63,442 nucleotides of DNA, filler included, from Choristocarpus tenellus KU-1152 (GCA_964200185.2; 12 parts of 12 records of this genome joined end to end with filler, not necessarily neighbours in it), one strand, 5' to 3'. Positions 13,241 through 27,402 are shown, numbered from the whole stretch's first letter. Numbers and translations are program-made. The notes: generated by a model not told the origin, from the sequence alone.

Positions 13241-14039
13241 GATGAAGAGAAGGAGAACCTTGGTACGGGGGAGGGGAGGTGGGCGTCTGCCGGTGCAGGT
13301 GCATGTACGGGGGTGCCCTTGCAGACGGCCGTGGAAGGATCGGTCCTTGAAGCAGATACAGTACGGAGCAGTACGGCGGCATGGAAGAGACCTTTGGCTC
13401 CAACGCAAACACTGGAGCCATACACGCGGGTTAGGTTTACCGCTTCACACTTTCGGCCCAGTCGCGGTGCTAGAGAAATGTAGAGACGCCGGATTAGCAA
13501 GCATGTGGCAGATATTCGTGTTAGTAATGTATACCTCGTAGTCCTCTTAGTGAATGAGCGGTGTGTATTGAGATCTGAGTATGCATATTTGTTGTGGCGT
13601 ATAGTAATAACTGCCGTGGGTGATGGCGGCGACAACATGTGTTTAGTTAAATCCATGACGATGTTTTCAGAGCGTTCCAAGCAGCATGTTGTTGTTGTGA
13701 TACATAGTAGAAGGGGGTTTTGGTTGCATGGCAGTCGTAGTCCTTTGTTTTGATTCATGATTTTGATCCTCCTTCAATACGGGTTGGTGGTCCTTCATAG
13801 AATATATTATGTACAAACGAATTACGGATGCAAAAGTATGCATTCAATTGCCAACATATCTGATNNNNNNNNNNNNNNNNNNNNNNNNNNNNNNNNNNNN
13901 NNNNNNNNTTAATTAATTAANNNNNNNNNNNNNNNNNNNNNNNNNNNNNNNNNNNNNNNNNNNNCCCCGCGAGTCGATTTCCATTCCCCCCCCCTCCCCC
14001 CCCCCCCCCACGCACTCTATTACCTCCTCCCCCTCTCAC

Positions 14040-17000
14040 CATGGTATACATAGCCTTTAGTGGGCTCACCCCTCCGCAGACAGCTGCCGCTTCAGAATCA
14101 GCCTCTGCCCCCTCCCCACGTGATCTACGCCCCAGAGATGTCAAACTGACAGAGTCCCCCCTGACTCTACCAACCCTGCCCATTCTTAGTCTTGATGACG
14201 ACGACCTATCTGACATGGAGCCCCCCCTGTCCTCCCCCTCCTCTTCCTCCTCGTCAGCGTTGTCTACACAGCCCGTGGTCCCTGCTCCTCCGATGGTAAA
14301 GTTGAGCCAGTCGGTGAACCCAGCAGACTGGGGGTTACAAGGGTGGGGGTTGTCCATGCCCATGCAAGAGTGACGTGGGGCTACACGTCAAATATAAGAT
14401 ATTCAGTAAGATAACTCTGTCAATAATGCATTTATCCGTTACCATTATATATACTATTATATATACTGTAGGTTGGCAGAACAGTGCCCCATTCATCAAA
14501 CAAGTGTAATGGAGACTTCGACTCATGGACAAAACTGACAGGGTATCTGTCATAAGCCACCTTGGCAGAGTTTCTTCCATAGGTTTTGGGACAAGGATAC
14601 CCCACAGTGAGCTCTCATCCAACACATCTTTTTGGCAATTTTTTTTAAAGCAAATGCCATCACATGCTACCTGTCCCATGACACCCTTGAACCTAAGCAC
14701 TCTCTCAAGACTCACTTCCCAGATCAACGGAGACCATCAAGATAATCATGCCAACAAACACACCTGTTTTTCAGCCCAGTCCTTGTCATGTAGCGCCTTT
14801 CGCAGTAGTGCACCCTTGGCCTCCCCCTCTGCCACAGGAGGCGGTGCCTGGCAGTGCCATTCACAAAGAGGGGGTGGGGTGCGTGAGGCCCCAAATGTTA
14901 CGGGTAGATAAATAAAACTAAGGGTTCCGGACCACAACATATGATTAAACAACACTCTTACAGAGAGAACAAGTACTAGTTAGTGTGAGATGGGCAATAG
15001 AACTGTGTGTGAGGAGATGGGAAGAAGGATAGGTGGTCTAGTGGAATAGACTGATGCAGACTGGATTCTACCACCATGTCTGTTCTCTTAATCACGGTGA
15101 ACAGTTATACGTACGAGTATACATTACCTCTGTACCTAAAATTCCATCCCCCAATTGTCCTCATGTTGCAACCAAAAACTCTCTGGTGAAGAAACAAAAT
15201 ATTGCTGAGAAAGTACAAGAGTCTCACAAGCCTTTTAGTCATCCAACAAAAAGCTATTCTATAACAATACACTCAAAACAAGCTACTCATCCTACACTAC
15301 ATCAACCTCCCTTGATCTTGTCTCTGAACCTTTCTCATTGTGCTTACTCTCATGGTGTCTCTACCTCCCGTCCATTACAGTTCACTTCTGCACTGTAACC
15401 ACACCTTAGGTGGGGGTTTCAGAGACAGCCGTCGAGATGCAGAGTACATGAGCATCTGCTGACGCTTGCTGAGAGGATTAGTTCCATGGGAGGGTGCAAT
15501 CAACATAGACTGGTGGGAGGATGGTAACGTGCCTCTGGACCGCTTACATTCCACAGATGAACCTGTTCCTGAGTTGATCAGGGTTGCATTCTCTTTGCCA
15601 TACATCTGTAACAGTTGGTCAGTGTAAGGCACCCCATCAAAGGGAGGGTGAGAGGAGAGAGGGAAGGAGATGAGTGTGGATATCATGGGGCATAGATAAT
15701 TTTTGGGAAGGATGTGGTCTACATAAACGTTGCTCACCATGCCAAAGAACGACTTGAGGGGAAGGAAGTTGTTGGGGAGTTGGAACTCGCTAGGGATCAA
15801 CAGTGCGCCATAAAATCTCTCGAACAAAGTTATGAGAACCTGTACCCCTTTCACTCCCTACCCATCCGTTGCTGGTCAGTGGGACTTACTGAGGCGTACA
15901 GCTGTGTCTGGTTTGTGTCCCTCATGGTGGTCTTCCTCGTCTTCTGCCTACGGCTCTCCCTTCTCCCCTTGCCTTTACATGCAACTGCTGTGGCTTCACC
16001 AACCACTGTAACCTGGACAGGAAATCGCTGATCCACACGGAATGCCAAACTCCCCCTATATTTTCCCAGATTCTTGGGTCGCCACGCAATGGCCGCCACA
16101 TGTGACTGTTTTTTTCCCATTAGTTGTCAGCGGGCAATGCTATGAGCGAATGGTATGTTTTGATAGTGCTGGAAAGCTGACGGGGTTGGGAAATGCAATG
16201 GGTACCGTTGGGTTGATCGTCTCCAGTGCGGGGCAATGACCCACGTATTGTACACGATATAGTGCGATCGTGTGGCGGAGAGGAAGGTATCATACTGCGC
16301 TAAATGAAGCAATGACGAACTTTGTGTGCTTATCGGTTTATCATTTGCGGGTATTCCACTAACACCCAGCAGCGTTGATCTGGAAATGATCCTCGATAGT
16401 GCTGTCTAGTGTCACCAGCGTTAAATTCCCGTAACGTTGGAGGGATGCAAAAGCAAGACAACGACATCCTACGACTGCCCATGAGTGATGCCGATACAGA
16501 GAAGGGAATCAAACAATGGTACCTCAATTCAGAATATGCAGTCCTATGAAAGATATCTACTTCTACCCGCACCTTTCCTCGACGGAGTGATAGCAGCCCT
16601 CCAAGGTCCACTGAAAGACCGCCACCTAGTGGATTCTTGGGATCCAGGCCGAAAGTTGTGATGTCTCGTCGAGCGTCTTGAGGAGCCTCTATGCGAAGCC
16701 GAACTGTTCTCTCCTCGTCGATCTTTTGCATCATTACGGTTTGACGGCGAGGTCAGAGTAGCTATGTGAGCAAGACAAAGATAGGAGCACACCAAGATGT
16801 TGAGTTTTTCCTCGCAATGTGCTGCTGCCGATACAAAAAGCTCCACTAACGCTACGGTATGGATCTTTCAGATATTTTGGCGTGGTTTTCGGTACTCAGT
16901 TTCCCGTTTTGCATATAGCATCAGTGCACCTGTTACCTCATCTCCATCTCTCTATCCTACGTCTCGTCTCTCTTAAAATTTTCAATCAAGTGGTACCTTA

Positions 17001-17125
17001 GTCTGACCCATGTCCAGGACGACCCCCCGTTGAAATTTTCCCAGTACGAGGGTCTCTTGAACAGGTACCACCTCCATTTCTTTGTCCCGAGTGCCATCCA
17101 AGCTCTCTCCAACCATAAAATCCAT
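14040..17125 (-). CDS. ASPM: Abnormal spindle / ASPM-like protein, first 6 exons; 3' part beyond the contig
   Basis: Six phase-0 GT-AG exons: 17125-16997, 16722-16573, 16105-15890, 15605-15405, 14847-14764, 14327-14040. They encode an ASH-like domain (TLVLGKFQRGVVLDMGQTKIDEERTVRLRIEAP...IAWRPKNLGKYRGSLAFRVD...VTVVGEA) and the ASPM motif LHDKDWAEKQSAGFTDWLNFTI. Confidence 0.8.
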
Positions 17126-20100
17126 CTTGCGCTTTTGCTCGTGTCGTGTGACCAAGAAGCTTTCGGACTTTCCTGACCCCGATATGAATAGGATTTTATC
17201 CTTTGAGGGCGGGACGTGCAGGCTATTCGCTAAATGTCTCTCGCAAAGTTATTTAGATAGTAAGGTTTCCATAGACTTGACTATATGAGGAAAGATTGCC
17301 CACGCCTTGTTAGAATGAACCTCTGTTGTGGAAAATCCCAACGGTCATAATGTCCTGGGAGGCGTGTATGTCTCAGGCGTTTCAGTTTCCTCCTTACATT
17401 CTTTCTCTATTCAATGTATGTACGCGACAAATATAGAAGTTAAAATAATCTCCTACCCTTACATTTGAATAGTATCCTACTTTTTGTTGTAGACAATTGT
17501 TACTCAGACTTAATTAAGATCGAAGTGGGAAACCGGTATCAGGTATCACCAGCAATAGGTTGGCTGTGAGGGGAACGAGGGTCACGAAAATAGTGGTGCT
17601 GGTAATGACCATATTTTGCACCTCCCGATCCACCACCACTACCATTCAAGGAAGTACCCCATCCGTGTTGGGTAGGTGGTGAACAGAGGAGTATGAAGAA
17701 TATGAACAGAAAAAATTGGAAACCATCATTGTGAAACTGAAATTAATCCACGACCTACAACCCAACATCGATCGGCAGTAGTTAGTTCCTAGATCGACAA
17801 TTTGAGAGTCCTACCATTACCCTTTTCCGATTATTAGTTAATACACGTCTATACTACTACTAATACTAGTCCTGACAGTAGTGTTGAAAGTGGTGATTTC
17901 CATCACCGATTTGTCGAAGTACATAACAAATATATACCGAAGTGACCGACCAAATCAGTAGTATTAATAATAGTCTCACACACGAAGCACGGTATTTGGC
18001 AACGTAGTACGTTCTATGCAACACTATCAGTCAGGATGGAATGAACGGAAGAACCCACGATTGGTTCCCCAAATAAAAAGCAGGATTGATTATTGATGAT
18101 CACATCTCCTGGTTAGAGTTCGTTTTCTTCTACTCAGAAACCCTAGACCCTAATAAAGAAGATCGAATAATGTCACCCATTACTAAGACTACCATCACAT
18201 ACGACCACTATCGGTAATAAAGTAGTACGTGCATATATATGGTTAGTGGTTTGAGAAGGATATAGCGACAGCCATTGACACTGGCCGAGACTAGTTCCGA
18301 CTCGAATGTCCATTCACAATCAATGATGACTACCCGCTATCCTGGTTGAGTCGAACGAAAGAAGCGAGAGGTATCCAGAGCTGCACTTCAAGGATGTCAA
18401 CAAATATGTGTAAAATTCGGCTTTTTTCACAAATGTGTGTAGGATATTTTCCGAATTATGTCGAAATCTTTCAATCATTATTTGAACAATAAACCCTCCC
18501 AAATCAAACTTACACCTTCATCCATAGAAATATGGGTGAATTCCAAGAGATTGAAAAACTGTCTTTTGATGCAAAACGGGAAAAAACTGGATACCCTTTG
18601 TGTAGTTTGGTTAACTGCCAGTCATCGCAACACCTCCATTTGACCCTTGAATCGCCCTTGTCTCTCGACTAAAAAGTATGCAACTTCATCAGCTTTCGAT
18701 ATAATGCAAGGAGTCAAAGGAATCCTCTTGCGTGGCGATTTCCAAACTGGTTTTCGTGGTTCCAAATGATAGCAATGATAGCAATGATAGCACAGGATGA
18801 ATATAAAATGTTACGATGAATGCCTAAAACCAACTATAAAGGACAAAACGAAACGATTAACCCTTCAGTTCGTCTCAGCAAAGAGTCCCAGGGTGTATTT
18901 GGCAAGTAAATCCATTCAACTATTTTCGAAAGGTAGACAAACGACCTCTAAATAGTTCCGCTGGTAAATTATGCTGTGCTAAGTACTCACGAGAACAAGG
19001 TCTCTTGTCACTCTCAATGAGTATAGTGATGGGCACATTCCACTACCATTGTGCCTTACGAAGGCATCAACCTCTCGGAATAGTTCCAATCCAGAACATC
19101 AACATTTGCTTTGGTTGATTTAGTCCAAGGGAGTCCAACATAGCAACTGTGCACGTTCCTGGCAATTAAAATTAAGGGAAACATTCCTCAATCAAACCTT
19201 GACTGTGTTTCAACAACCGAGGAAGCTCAACTCTGCTGGTTCGACAAAACACACCCAACTTCAAGACATCATGATATCTAACACACAAAACCTAAAAGAT
19301 GTACTAACAATTAGTTTCGTTCTTTACAATGAACCATGAACCTCACTAGTGTAATACCACAAACCATCTACCTGATACACTCTAGTTCTACTATGAAAAA
19401 GAATCGCACAGGAAACTCCTCTTGCAATGTCCTGTTGAAATAAAAGTGCTTTGAACAGAGATAATTCATTAGTAGTGCTTCATCGCAATTCAGCTGAAAA
19501 TGAATTAATTAAATTCAGTTCAATCAAACCATGCACACAACACGTGAGGCATGAGAAATACCCCATGCCATGAGGAAGTTTAGAATCATGCAGCATGATG
19601 CAACAATCAACTGCAGTAGTACTCTGTGATCGGAATGGGATTTAATGTGTCTTGATAGTTTCATTCACTATTAAAACAAATGAACAGGATGGGCAACCGT
19701 CACGATTCACAGCACGTAGTGAACAAGCAATCATGTACCTACAACATAACTGCTTGAACAATAATCTCAATTAAAAGTCATGGACTTGTACCACATATGA
19801 TGCGATCCTAACATAAATAACAAGTACTGTATTAATATTCTGAGTGTTCAATACAATATACAGAGTCATAAAAAAAAATACAAGCACGCACTCTAAACTA
19901 CAGAATACAGTTGGGATAGTTGCACCACCCTATATCAGCAGAATGTTGCACACATTTGCAGTATTGATTTGCCCCAAAGAGTGTACCGCACAACCACACT
20001 GTAAGCATGCCTGCCAATATATTTGGTCTGGCATTTCTCAAGTCCAAGTTCAGCAATACTTGATGCCCTTCCCCCCTCCACACCTCGCCCAACAACCCAA

Positions 20101-20604
20101 CAATGGTCACTGGCAAGGAAGCGCAGGGGAGAGCCAGATGGCGGAGGTCCCTTGAGCACCCTTTTAGGTATTTTACAAAACTGCACTGTACACCACCTCA
20201 AATTTGGTAACATTGTGTATGTACTCACTACAATCTTGGCATCCATGTTGAGATGTCATAGTCCTGATCTCAGATCATTACAAAAATAAATAAATATGAA
20301 ACCGATACGCAACACAGATGCATTGAGTGCAATATGACACATGAAGGCACTGAGGCGGTGGGGGGAAGGGAGGTGGGTAGGCCACTTCAAATCACGCAGT
20401 CAGTTCATTCAGGAATCACATCAAGGGCAGAACACAATGCACACAGACCAAAACAAAGCTACCCATTTCACTGAAACCAGCTACCATTCTTGTATTAATA
20501 ATGGCAATTTACTCTGTTCTGGAATAGATGCCTAACCCCATCGCCCAACTATTTCCCAGAAAATCATTACATATTTCAAACGTAAAGACTGCTATCGATA
20601 TCCA

Positions 20605-20717
20605 TCAAAACCGCCTCCCGCCACGGCTCGCATCCCCTGTCTTCTGATCTACGTGTATCCCCTGCATAATCTCATTCAGCTTCTCATCCTTCCTTTGCTC
20701 CGTGTTGATGATGAGTT
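20605..20717 (-). CDS. Probable terminal exon of an unidentified gene
   Basis: CTAACAG acceptor followed by (E)LIINTEQRKDEKLNEIMQGIHVDQKTGDASRGGRRF*; upstream exons lie beyond the contig end. Confidence 0.45.
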
Positions 20718-23700
20718 CTGTTAGGCGTCCCGTAATCCCACTCTTTTCTGTTAACTTTTCATTCAAGGCCTTCACCAATTAGGGCAGGGGAGGGGACAGC
20801 AGGACAAGGTGGAATCCAGGTAAATTGAGGACTGGATTACACCACATGGAAGGGGGGGGNNNNNNNNNNNNNNNNNNNNNNNNNNNNNNNNNNNNNNNNN
20901 NNNTTAATTAATTAANNNNNNNNNNNNNNNNNNNNNNNNNNNNNNNNNNNNNNNNNNNNTCGAGGAGCTCAAGGAGCCCAAATCCGAAAACATGAAGAGG
21001 GCATCTATACTGCTTGGGATCAAGGAAGCGATGCCACATGTGTTCGCGCAATTAATAATGCACCCGGACATCAGCTAAGAGGAGCTCAAACGGGCAGTCA
21101 TCTCGTCAACAACTTACCTTCACTCGGGTCAAGATGGTCATGATGGGGTATTAGCAATGCATGGCAATGTGAAGAACGATCATGCTTGGAAGACCAGGGG
21201 ATCAGCTGGAAGCGGCCTCTAATCAAAACAATGTGGCTATTGCTTAAGGATGAACCATCGATGGCAGAATTGCTACCAAGACTTAAAAGGAAAGCCACCG
21301 GCAACACGTCCGCCTGGGAAGGCACCCGGAACATTTTCGCCACCTCCAACTCGTGGGAGCAGCAACAAGAGTCGACAGAACCAAGCGCGCTCCTTCTCCA
21401 GTTTCAAGGTGACAGCAGACGAGGAGGTTAACAAAAGTGCGATGTTCAACTCCTCCAGTGGAAGACAAGTCGAGATATTGTGTGGCTCTGGAGCAATTGT
21501 ACATCTTACACCTGATCATGAAGACCTCATAAGACATCAGCCTACCAAACGCACATGCACCTTCGAAAACAATGGGAAATTGGAAGCGAAGGAAACCGGG
21601 GATATGGTTCTAATGGTGACGGACGAAGACGGCAAACCAACAAGAGTAGTTCTGAAGGTTGTTCTATGGGTCCCAGGTCTACCATGCCGCATATTGAGTA
21701 CTGGAAGTATACGACGGAATGGAGGAGAATTTATGGATTCAGGAGCAAAAGAAAGTTATCTGATGGTCTCCAAGAATTCGCCCAAGATAAACCTACAAAA
21801 ATCGGGGGGGTTCTTAAATTTATCCGGAACCATAATCACCATGGAACAAGAATCGAGACCCAGCGCTGCAGGAGCCAACCAAAAGCAGAGGCTGATATTG
21901 AGGGACTGGCACAACATATTGGGACACATCAACAACCCATCAGCAATAAAGCATCTCGAGAAACGTGGACTTTTAGAGATCACCAACGCTACTGTGGCGT
22001 CAGATCTGCAATGCTTGACCTGCAAGGGATGCAAGTCCGAGGCCCTAAGCTATCAACGGGGTGGCAGGATCCCCAAGCAGCCCGGCGAGGTTATCCACAC
22101 AGATTTGGAGGGACCTTTTAAAGCGGCCACACTGGCCACCAATATTATTAGGTGTTTGTTTATGAGAGCAGCAGAGACAAGAGAGTTTATGGATTAAAAA
22201 CGAAATGTGCAGCGATGGACGCAACCGCTGCTTATATCGACCAGATGGCCAGGGAAGGTATAGCAGTCAAATGCATCAGTGGGGATGGTGCTGGCGAGCT
22301 TGGGAGATCAGTGAAGTTCCAAAGGATGTGGCGAACAACGGTGCCCAATGGAGGAAATCTCCACCGAGAACACCACAGAGTAACGGAATCGCCGAAAGGG
22401 CGATAAAGCAACTAATGGGGGCAGCAAGGAGTCAACTGGCAAAGGCTGGGCTGGGCGATGAGTATTGGTTCTTTACCATCACGGACGTCGCCTTCAAGAC
22501 TGGAGGCATGCCACACGAATACCTAGGAGGAGAGACGCCATGCGAGCGTCTAACAGGTAAATCTTTCAACTACGATAGGCTTCAAGCCTGGGGGAGCGAG
22601 TACTATGTTCACCAGGACAAGTAGCAGAGAAGGGCCAGTTCAGAGTTTCACCCACACGCCAAGCGAGGTGGAATGATGGGACATGATTGTGCATCACTAT
22701 GCTGGCACATCTGGCTTCCTCAAGAGGCCAAGTTGGTAACCTCAGCCCATGTGACGTTCGAGCCAGACGAACACATCATGGACTTTGTGGGGGAGAGAGA
22801 GACCATGACTTCGACGGATGATGAAGAAATTTCTGATAGTGAAGACGACTCTGATCGGGATTTCGATATTGAAGTTAATCCGATACCCCAAGCAACAGCC
22901 GTTGGAAATAACTCGACAAGTTCATCTAGTGGACAACGGAGGTCAGCCAGGATAGCTGAACAACCCAGGGTGGACTATAGGGGTTTACACTCTGGAGATA
23001 CAGAACAACTGGGAGAGAATATAGTGAATCTGCTCAGATCAAGCACGGATGATGCATATTGTTTGATGGGCATGGCAGGTGACATCTCAATAGACCACCA
23101 GGAGCCATCAACCATCGCAGAAGCCCTCGCAGGGCCTGATGCAGAACACTGGAAGAAGGCAATGGAACAAGAAATGGAGGGCCAACGAACCAAAGCAACC
23201 TTCCATGAGGGAGAGAATCTACCACCAGGGAGACCCGTCAAAACCAGATTTATATTCAAAATCAAAAGGACTGCACATCGAGACATCGAAAGATATAAGG
23301 CCAGGCTGGTGGCACGGGGTTTCTCCCAACAAGAAGGGGTGGACTACTTCAGCACATTTGGTCCAGTGGTGGGATTTGACGTGATTCGAGCAGTCCTGGC
23401 TACAGCAGCCAACAGAAACTGGATCATCAACTCCCTAGACTTCACTCAAGCCTACCTGAACGTACCACTCCTTGAAGATGTATGGCTACAACTGCCCAAT
23501 GGATCCATCGTAAAAGCTGCCAGAGCTATCTATGGCCTTATGCAATCAGCAATGGAGTGGTACAAGGAGCTAAAGGGAACAATTTAAGCTGAGGAGTGGA
23601 GTGTTAGTGATTTTGACGCCTGCATATATGTGAAAAGGAGTAAAGATGGAATGGTTGCTGTTCTTTTTCACTACGTGGATGACATCTCATTGACTAGAAA

Positions 23701-24594
23701 CTTCCACGAAGAACTAAAGAGGATGAAGAGCAATCTGCTTACCAAGTACGGAGGATGGGACCTCGGGACCCCAGACAAGTTAGTTGGGGTGGCAATCAAC
23801 AAGGATGAGGCTGGCATCACACTAGACCAACATTTCTATGCAGAAAGCATTGTTTGCGAACGAGTGGGATCCACAGAAGTACGGAGTACCTCATCACCTT
23901 TAAACCCAGGAATGGACCTGACCGCAAGAAGAACTGACGAGGAGGAGCTGGACCAGAGGTACAAACCTTACCGCACCATCCTGGGGAAACTTATGTTCCT
24001 AGCCGGGATGACACGACCAGACCTATCCAACAGTGTGCGGGAACTGGGAAGATATGCAGCATCTCCATGCGATCAACACTGGAAAGGACTGCAACATGTT
24101 CTGCGATACCTGGTGGGCACCACAAAAATAGCGATACAATATTCTGCTGGTGGTGAAATGGACAATGGGGGCCTGGTCGGGTATGGAGACTCAGACTGGG
24201 GCAATGACACTGCATCAAGGTGGAGTGTGACAGGGTATCTGATACTCATGAATGGAGCACCAATTGCATGGAAATCCAAGATGCAAGGAGCTGTAACCAC
24301 ATCTTCATCAGAGGCAGAATCGACAGCGATGGTGCATGGAATGAGGTATGCAGTATTCCTCAGAGGCATCCTGGGGGAGCTGAGCATACTCAAAGGGATC
24401 ACGACTTGGCATGGAGACAATCGAGTTGCAATCCAAGCAGCAACAACTGAAGGCTTCAATGGACGGACAAGGCATGTAGATATTAAACTAAAATGCACCA
24501 GGGAGTATGTTAGCAAAGGATTTTTTACAGTAAAATATATTCCCGCGACACTCCAACTTGCAGATATATTGACCAAAAGACTACGCAAGAAGCA

Positions 24595-25122
24595 GAGTCA
24601 AAGTATCTTAGAGGGCAGAGAGGCGTCCATTTGGGGACCAAAATCCAATGTTGCGATTTTGATGTAATTTTGACTATCGTATTTCTTAGGAAGTGCCAAT
24701 ATCCTTGTTCCAGACGTACACATGATACCTATTCCAATAGAGTGAAAGTATCTTAGAGGGTAGGACTTTTTTCCTATTTGTTCATTTGGAGCTTGGCTTT
24801 CATGCGTTTTTTTATGACATTTTCCTGCTCCAAAATGTTTCGGAGTAGGTAAAAGGAATACGTTATGAAAAGGTGTCCAGAACAATGATATTGGCAGTTC
24901 CCAAAAAACATGATGGCCAAAATTACATCAAATCACAACAATGGATTTTGGCCCCCAAATGGACGCGGCTCTACCCTCTAAGATACTTTGGCTCAAAACG
25001 TACACATTTTACCTATTCCGAAACATTTTGGAATGGGAAAATGTCATTAAAAAATCCTTGGGAAGCCAAGCCCCAAACGGACAAACAAGGCAAAACTCGT
25101 ACCCTCTAAGATACTTTCACTC
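24595..25122 (+). mobile_element. MITE family 1 containing a second, inverted family-1 copy (24740-24994)
   Basis: Outer TIRs GAGTCAAAGTATCTTAGAGGG / CCCTCTAAGATACTTTCACTC with AGCA/AGCA TSD; inner copy has its own TIRs. Confidence 0.9.
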
Positions 25123-25371
25123 AGCAGGTAGAAGTCTTTGTAGACACTGTGTTGACTAGATGAATGTCGTGTGTTAAACTTGAAGTAATTTGCGTTCTTT
25201 TACTGGGTTGACAAGATAAATGTGATGTGTGTGAGAATTAAACCAATCTGACGTCTTTTACTTCCATTTTCATGGGGGAGTGTGCAGAATGGGGAGGGAG
25301 TGTACACAATACGATGTTTTAGGTTTGAGAGTTCAAGCAACTCCTTCATTGCCTGTACTCTTCTGGGGGAG

Positions 25372-25611
25372 TGTGCAAAATAGGACAAAAGTGAGGTGTA
25401 CCTTATTTTTTGTATATGATATAGTCGTTTTGATTGAGTCCATGTGATGTAACTAATGAGAAAGTACATCAGAATTATGAATGGAATATGTATAGTTTTT
25501 TTTAATTTGAATTCAACTACTTTGATTTAATTGTTGGCTTCTGTAGGAAGCACAAATAATAATAAACAAGCAATGAGAAGGCACCCCACAAAGGTCACTC
25601 TTCTAATTTCA
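25372..25611 (+). repeat. Putative 3' LTR of the Copia element
   Basis: Directly follows PPT GGGGGAG (25365-25371), starts TGT, contains AATAAA (25561) and ends TTCA. No 5' LTR is available to confirm it. Confidence 0.55.
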
Positions 25612-25821
25612 ACCATGTAATCACGTTCAGCGAAAGGGGTCGTGTGAGGNNNNNNNNNNNNNNNNNNNNNNNNNNNNNNNNNNNNNNNNNNNNTTAATTA
25701 ATTAANNNNNNNNNNNNNNNNNNNNNNNNNNNNNNNNNNNNNNNNNNNNGGGAGGGGGGGGGGGGGGGGGAGGAGGAGAAGAGGAAGGGAAGGGGGGGGG
25801 GCCGGGCGGGCCCCGGCCGGG

Positions 25822-25883
<62 letters not shown>

Positions 25884-25908
25884 AGTAGGAGGAAGAGTCG
25901 GGGGTTAC

Positions 25909-27293
25909 GGTGGGTGAGATAGCGTGCCTGGTAGGGAGAGTTGCACCAAAAAGATCATTGGTGTACGTGTGAAGGAAGATGGACGGAGTATAGTGCTTGA
26001 TGGGGTGATCATCAAACTGCTGGTACTATTCCAATTATTTTGCAGGTTTTTTATTGCATTCAAAATGCTGCACTTGTGGAACACTCATACATTCAATGCA
26101 CGCGGCCTACATTAGGATGGGGAGGGTTGGGGAGGGGCGGGACGATTGACATACGCACTTCCGTGTACTTAGCATAGAGTGTAGGCCGGACTAACCTGGA
26201 AAATCATTGAGGTGAACCTGTTCCCGCCCAGCCAGGACAGTAGGGCACAAAGGCTTCCAGACGCCGCAATTAGAAACGTAGACACCACCCTCTGGCACTC
26301 CATGGTGTCGTGATACGCCATCTCCATTTTGGCCCACATCAGCAATAGGACCGGTGCTACCGCTAGGACCATAAAGGACAGTGTGACTTCTGTACGAGCA
26401 AACATCTAGACCAATTTCGATAGGGTTAGGTGGGGTGAGATAGATTTGACAGGTATCAGGTGGTGTTTGGTGCATTGGTTTGTCCTTGGCAACACTTGCA
26501 GTATACACCACTGAAATTAATGGAATGCCATTATGCTGTGCTGCAGTTGGTCAGAGGAAAAGAGGCTCTTCATCATTTGGCAAGGGAAGGCTCCCAATCA
26601 AGCAATGGAGGAGGAGGAGAAAATAACACCGTTCGATTGAAACATCGCGAGGTACTGAAATACCGTGCCTATATACCTCCTTGTTGGTGCATGTTGGTAA
26701 GTTTAGGAACTGGATATCTGGTTGTCGCTCAGATAAGCAATTCCTCACGCTAATTTACAACAACACCTTTCCCCTTCGATACATTAACACTATCTAGGTA
26801 CGATCTGGTCGAACAACAGCTTCTCTTCAGTCACCTGAAGTAAGTTTAAGTGAGTAGCAGTCACAGATGCTCTCGCCGTTAAGGCCACCACCCACGGCTG
26901 TTGAAGGATTGACTGCAACAGTCTCGGAACCCAATGAGTAGCAGATTTCTGTACCCCCAGATGATTACCCGTGACCCTCAATGGGAGGAACATGCGTCCC
27001 GTGGTCAGCTGCAACCGAGGTGGCACACTGGTCGAGATTCCTGTTCCTAGTAAATGCCCTCGGCGCAAGAACGATGGCGTCAAAGAATGGAAGCTAGAAA
27101 AGGATGCACTCCTTCCTCGATACGACATAGACCGTAGCATGCAGCTTCCCCAACTGCCAGCACACAGCCCCCTCCCAGTGTGGTGGACGAAGCACGAGAA
27201 GCAGTCCCCCTTAGCCAAGGCCTCAGCATGCAGTCCAAGGAGTAGCACAGCTCTTCCCAACGAGATTCTTCTTCGCTCTGTGGCCCTCATCAT
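25909..27293 (-). CDS. Unidentified predicted membrane protein, 5' exons (possible N-terminal targeting peptide)
   Basis: ORF from 27293 (MMRATERRRISLGRAVLLLGLHAEALAKG...), a clean phase-0 exon 26405-26196 with two hydrophobic stretches, and a further exon starting at 26025 (YQQFDDHPIKHYTPSIF...). First donor site uncertain. Confidence 0.5.
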
Positions 27294-27365
27294 TCATGAA
27301 GATGTAAACAGCAGTACATCAATGGCCTCCGGTACTGTAGTGGTGTTGTGGTGAATGGGGCATGA

Positions 27366-27366
27366 G

Positions 27367-27402
<36 letters not shown>
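27366..27402. repeat. (AT)n(GT)n microsatellite in the intergenic region between divergent genes
   Basis: Direct reading. Confidence 0.9.

Larger units (their letters stand above)
20960..25611 (+). mobile_element. Ty1/Copia LTR retrotransposon, degenerate gag-pol with 3' LTR, interrupted by nested MITEs
   Basis: CX2CX4HX4C knuckle CGYCLRMNHRWQNC (about 21230-21275), protease LC[G]SGA, WHNILGH, integrase IHTDLEGP / GDGAGE / PQSNGIAER, RT KARLVARGFSQQEGVDY and YVDD, RNase H GYGDSDW and LADILTK. Domain order PR-INT-RT-RH indicates Copia. Several stops and frameshifts. Pol resumes after the MITE and ends at 25163. Confidence 0.95.

Noticed and set aside
12880-13758. 292-aa minus-strand ORF
   Set aside because: Antisense shadow of the GAG/GAR-rich acidic tail of the transposase gene; low-complexity S/P translation.
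17400-19400. Possible gene or element upstream of the ASPM-like gene
   Set aside because: Only short frames (e.g. 18320-18643) with no convincing splice chain or motif.
24073-24588. 171-aa minus-strand ORF (also 22975-23286)
   Set aside because: Antisense to Copia pol.
25750-25882. Long poly-G tract as a functional G-quadruplex locus
   Set aside because: Sits at a contig start; length and content are likely unreliable in the assembly.
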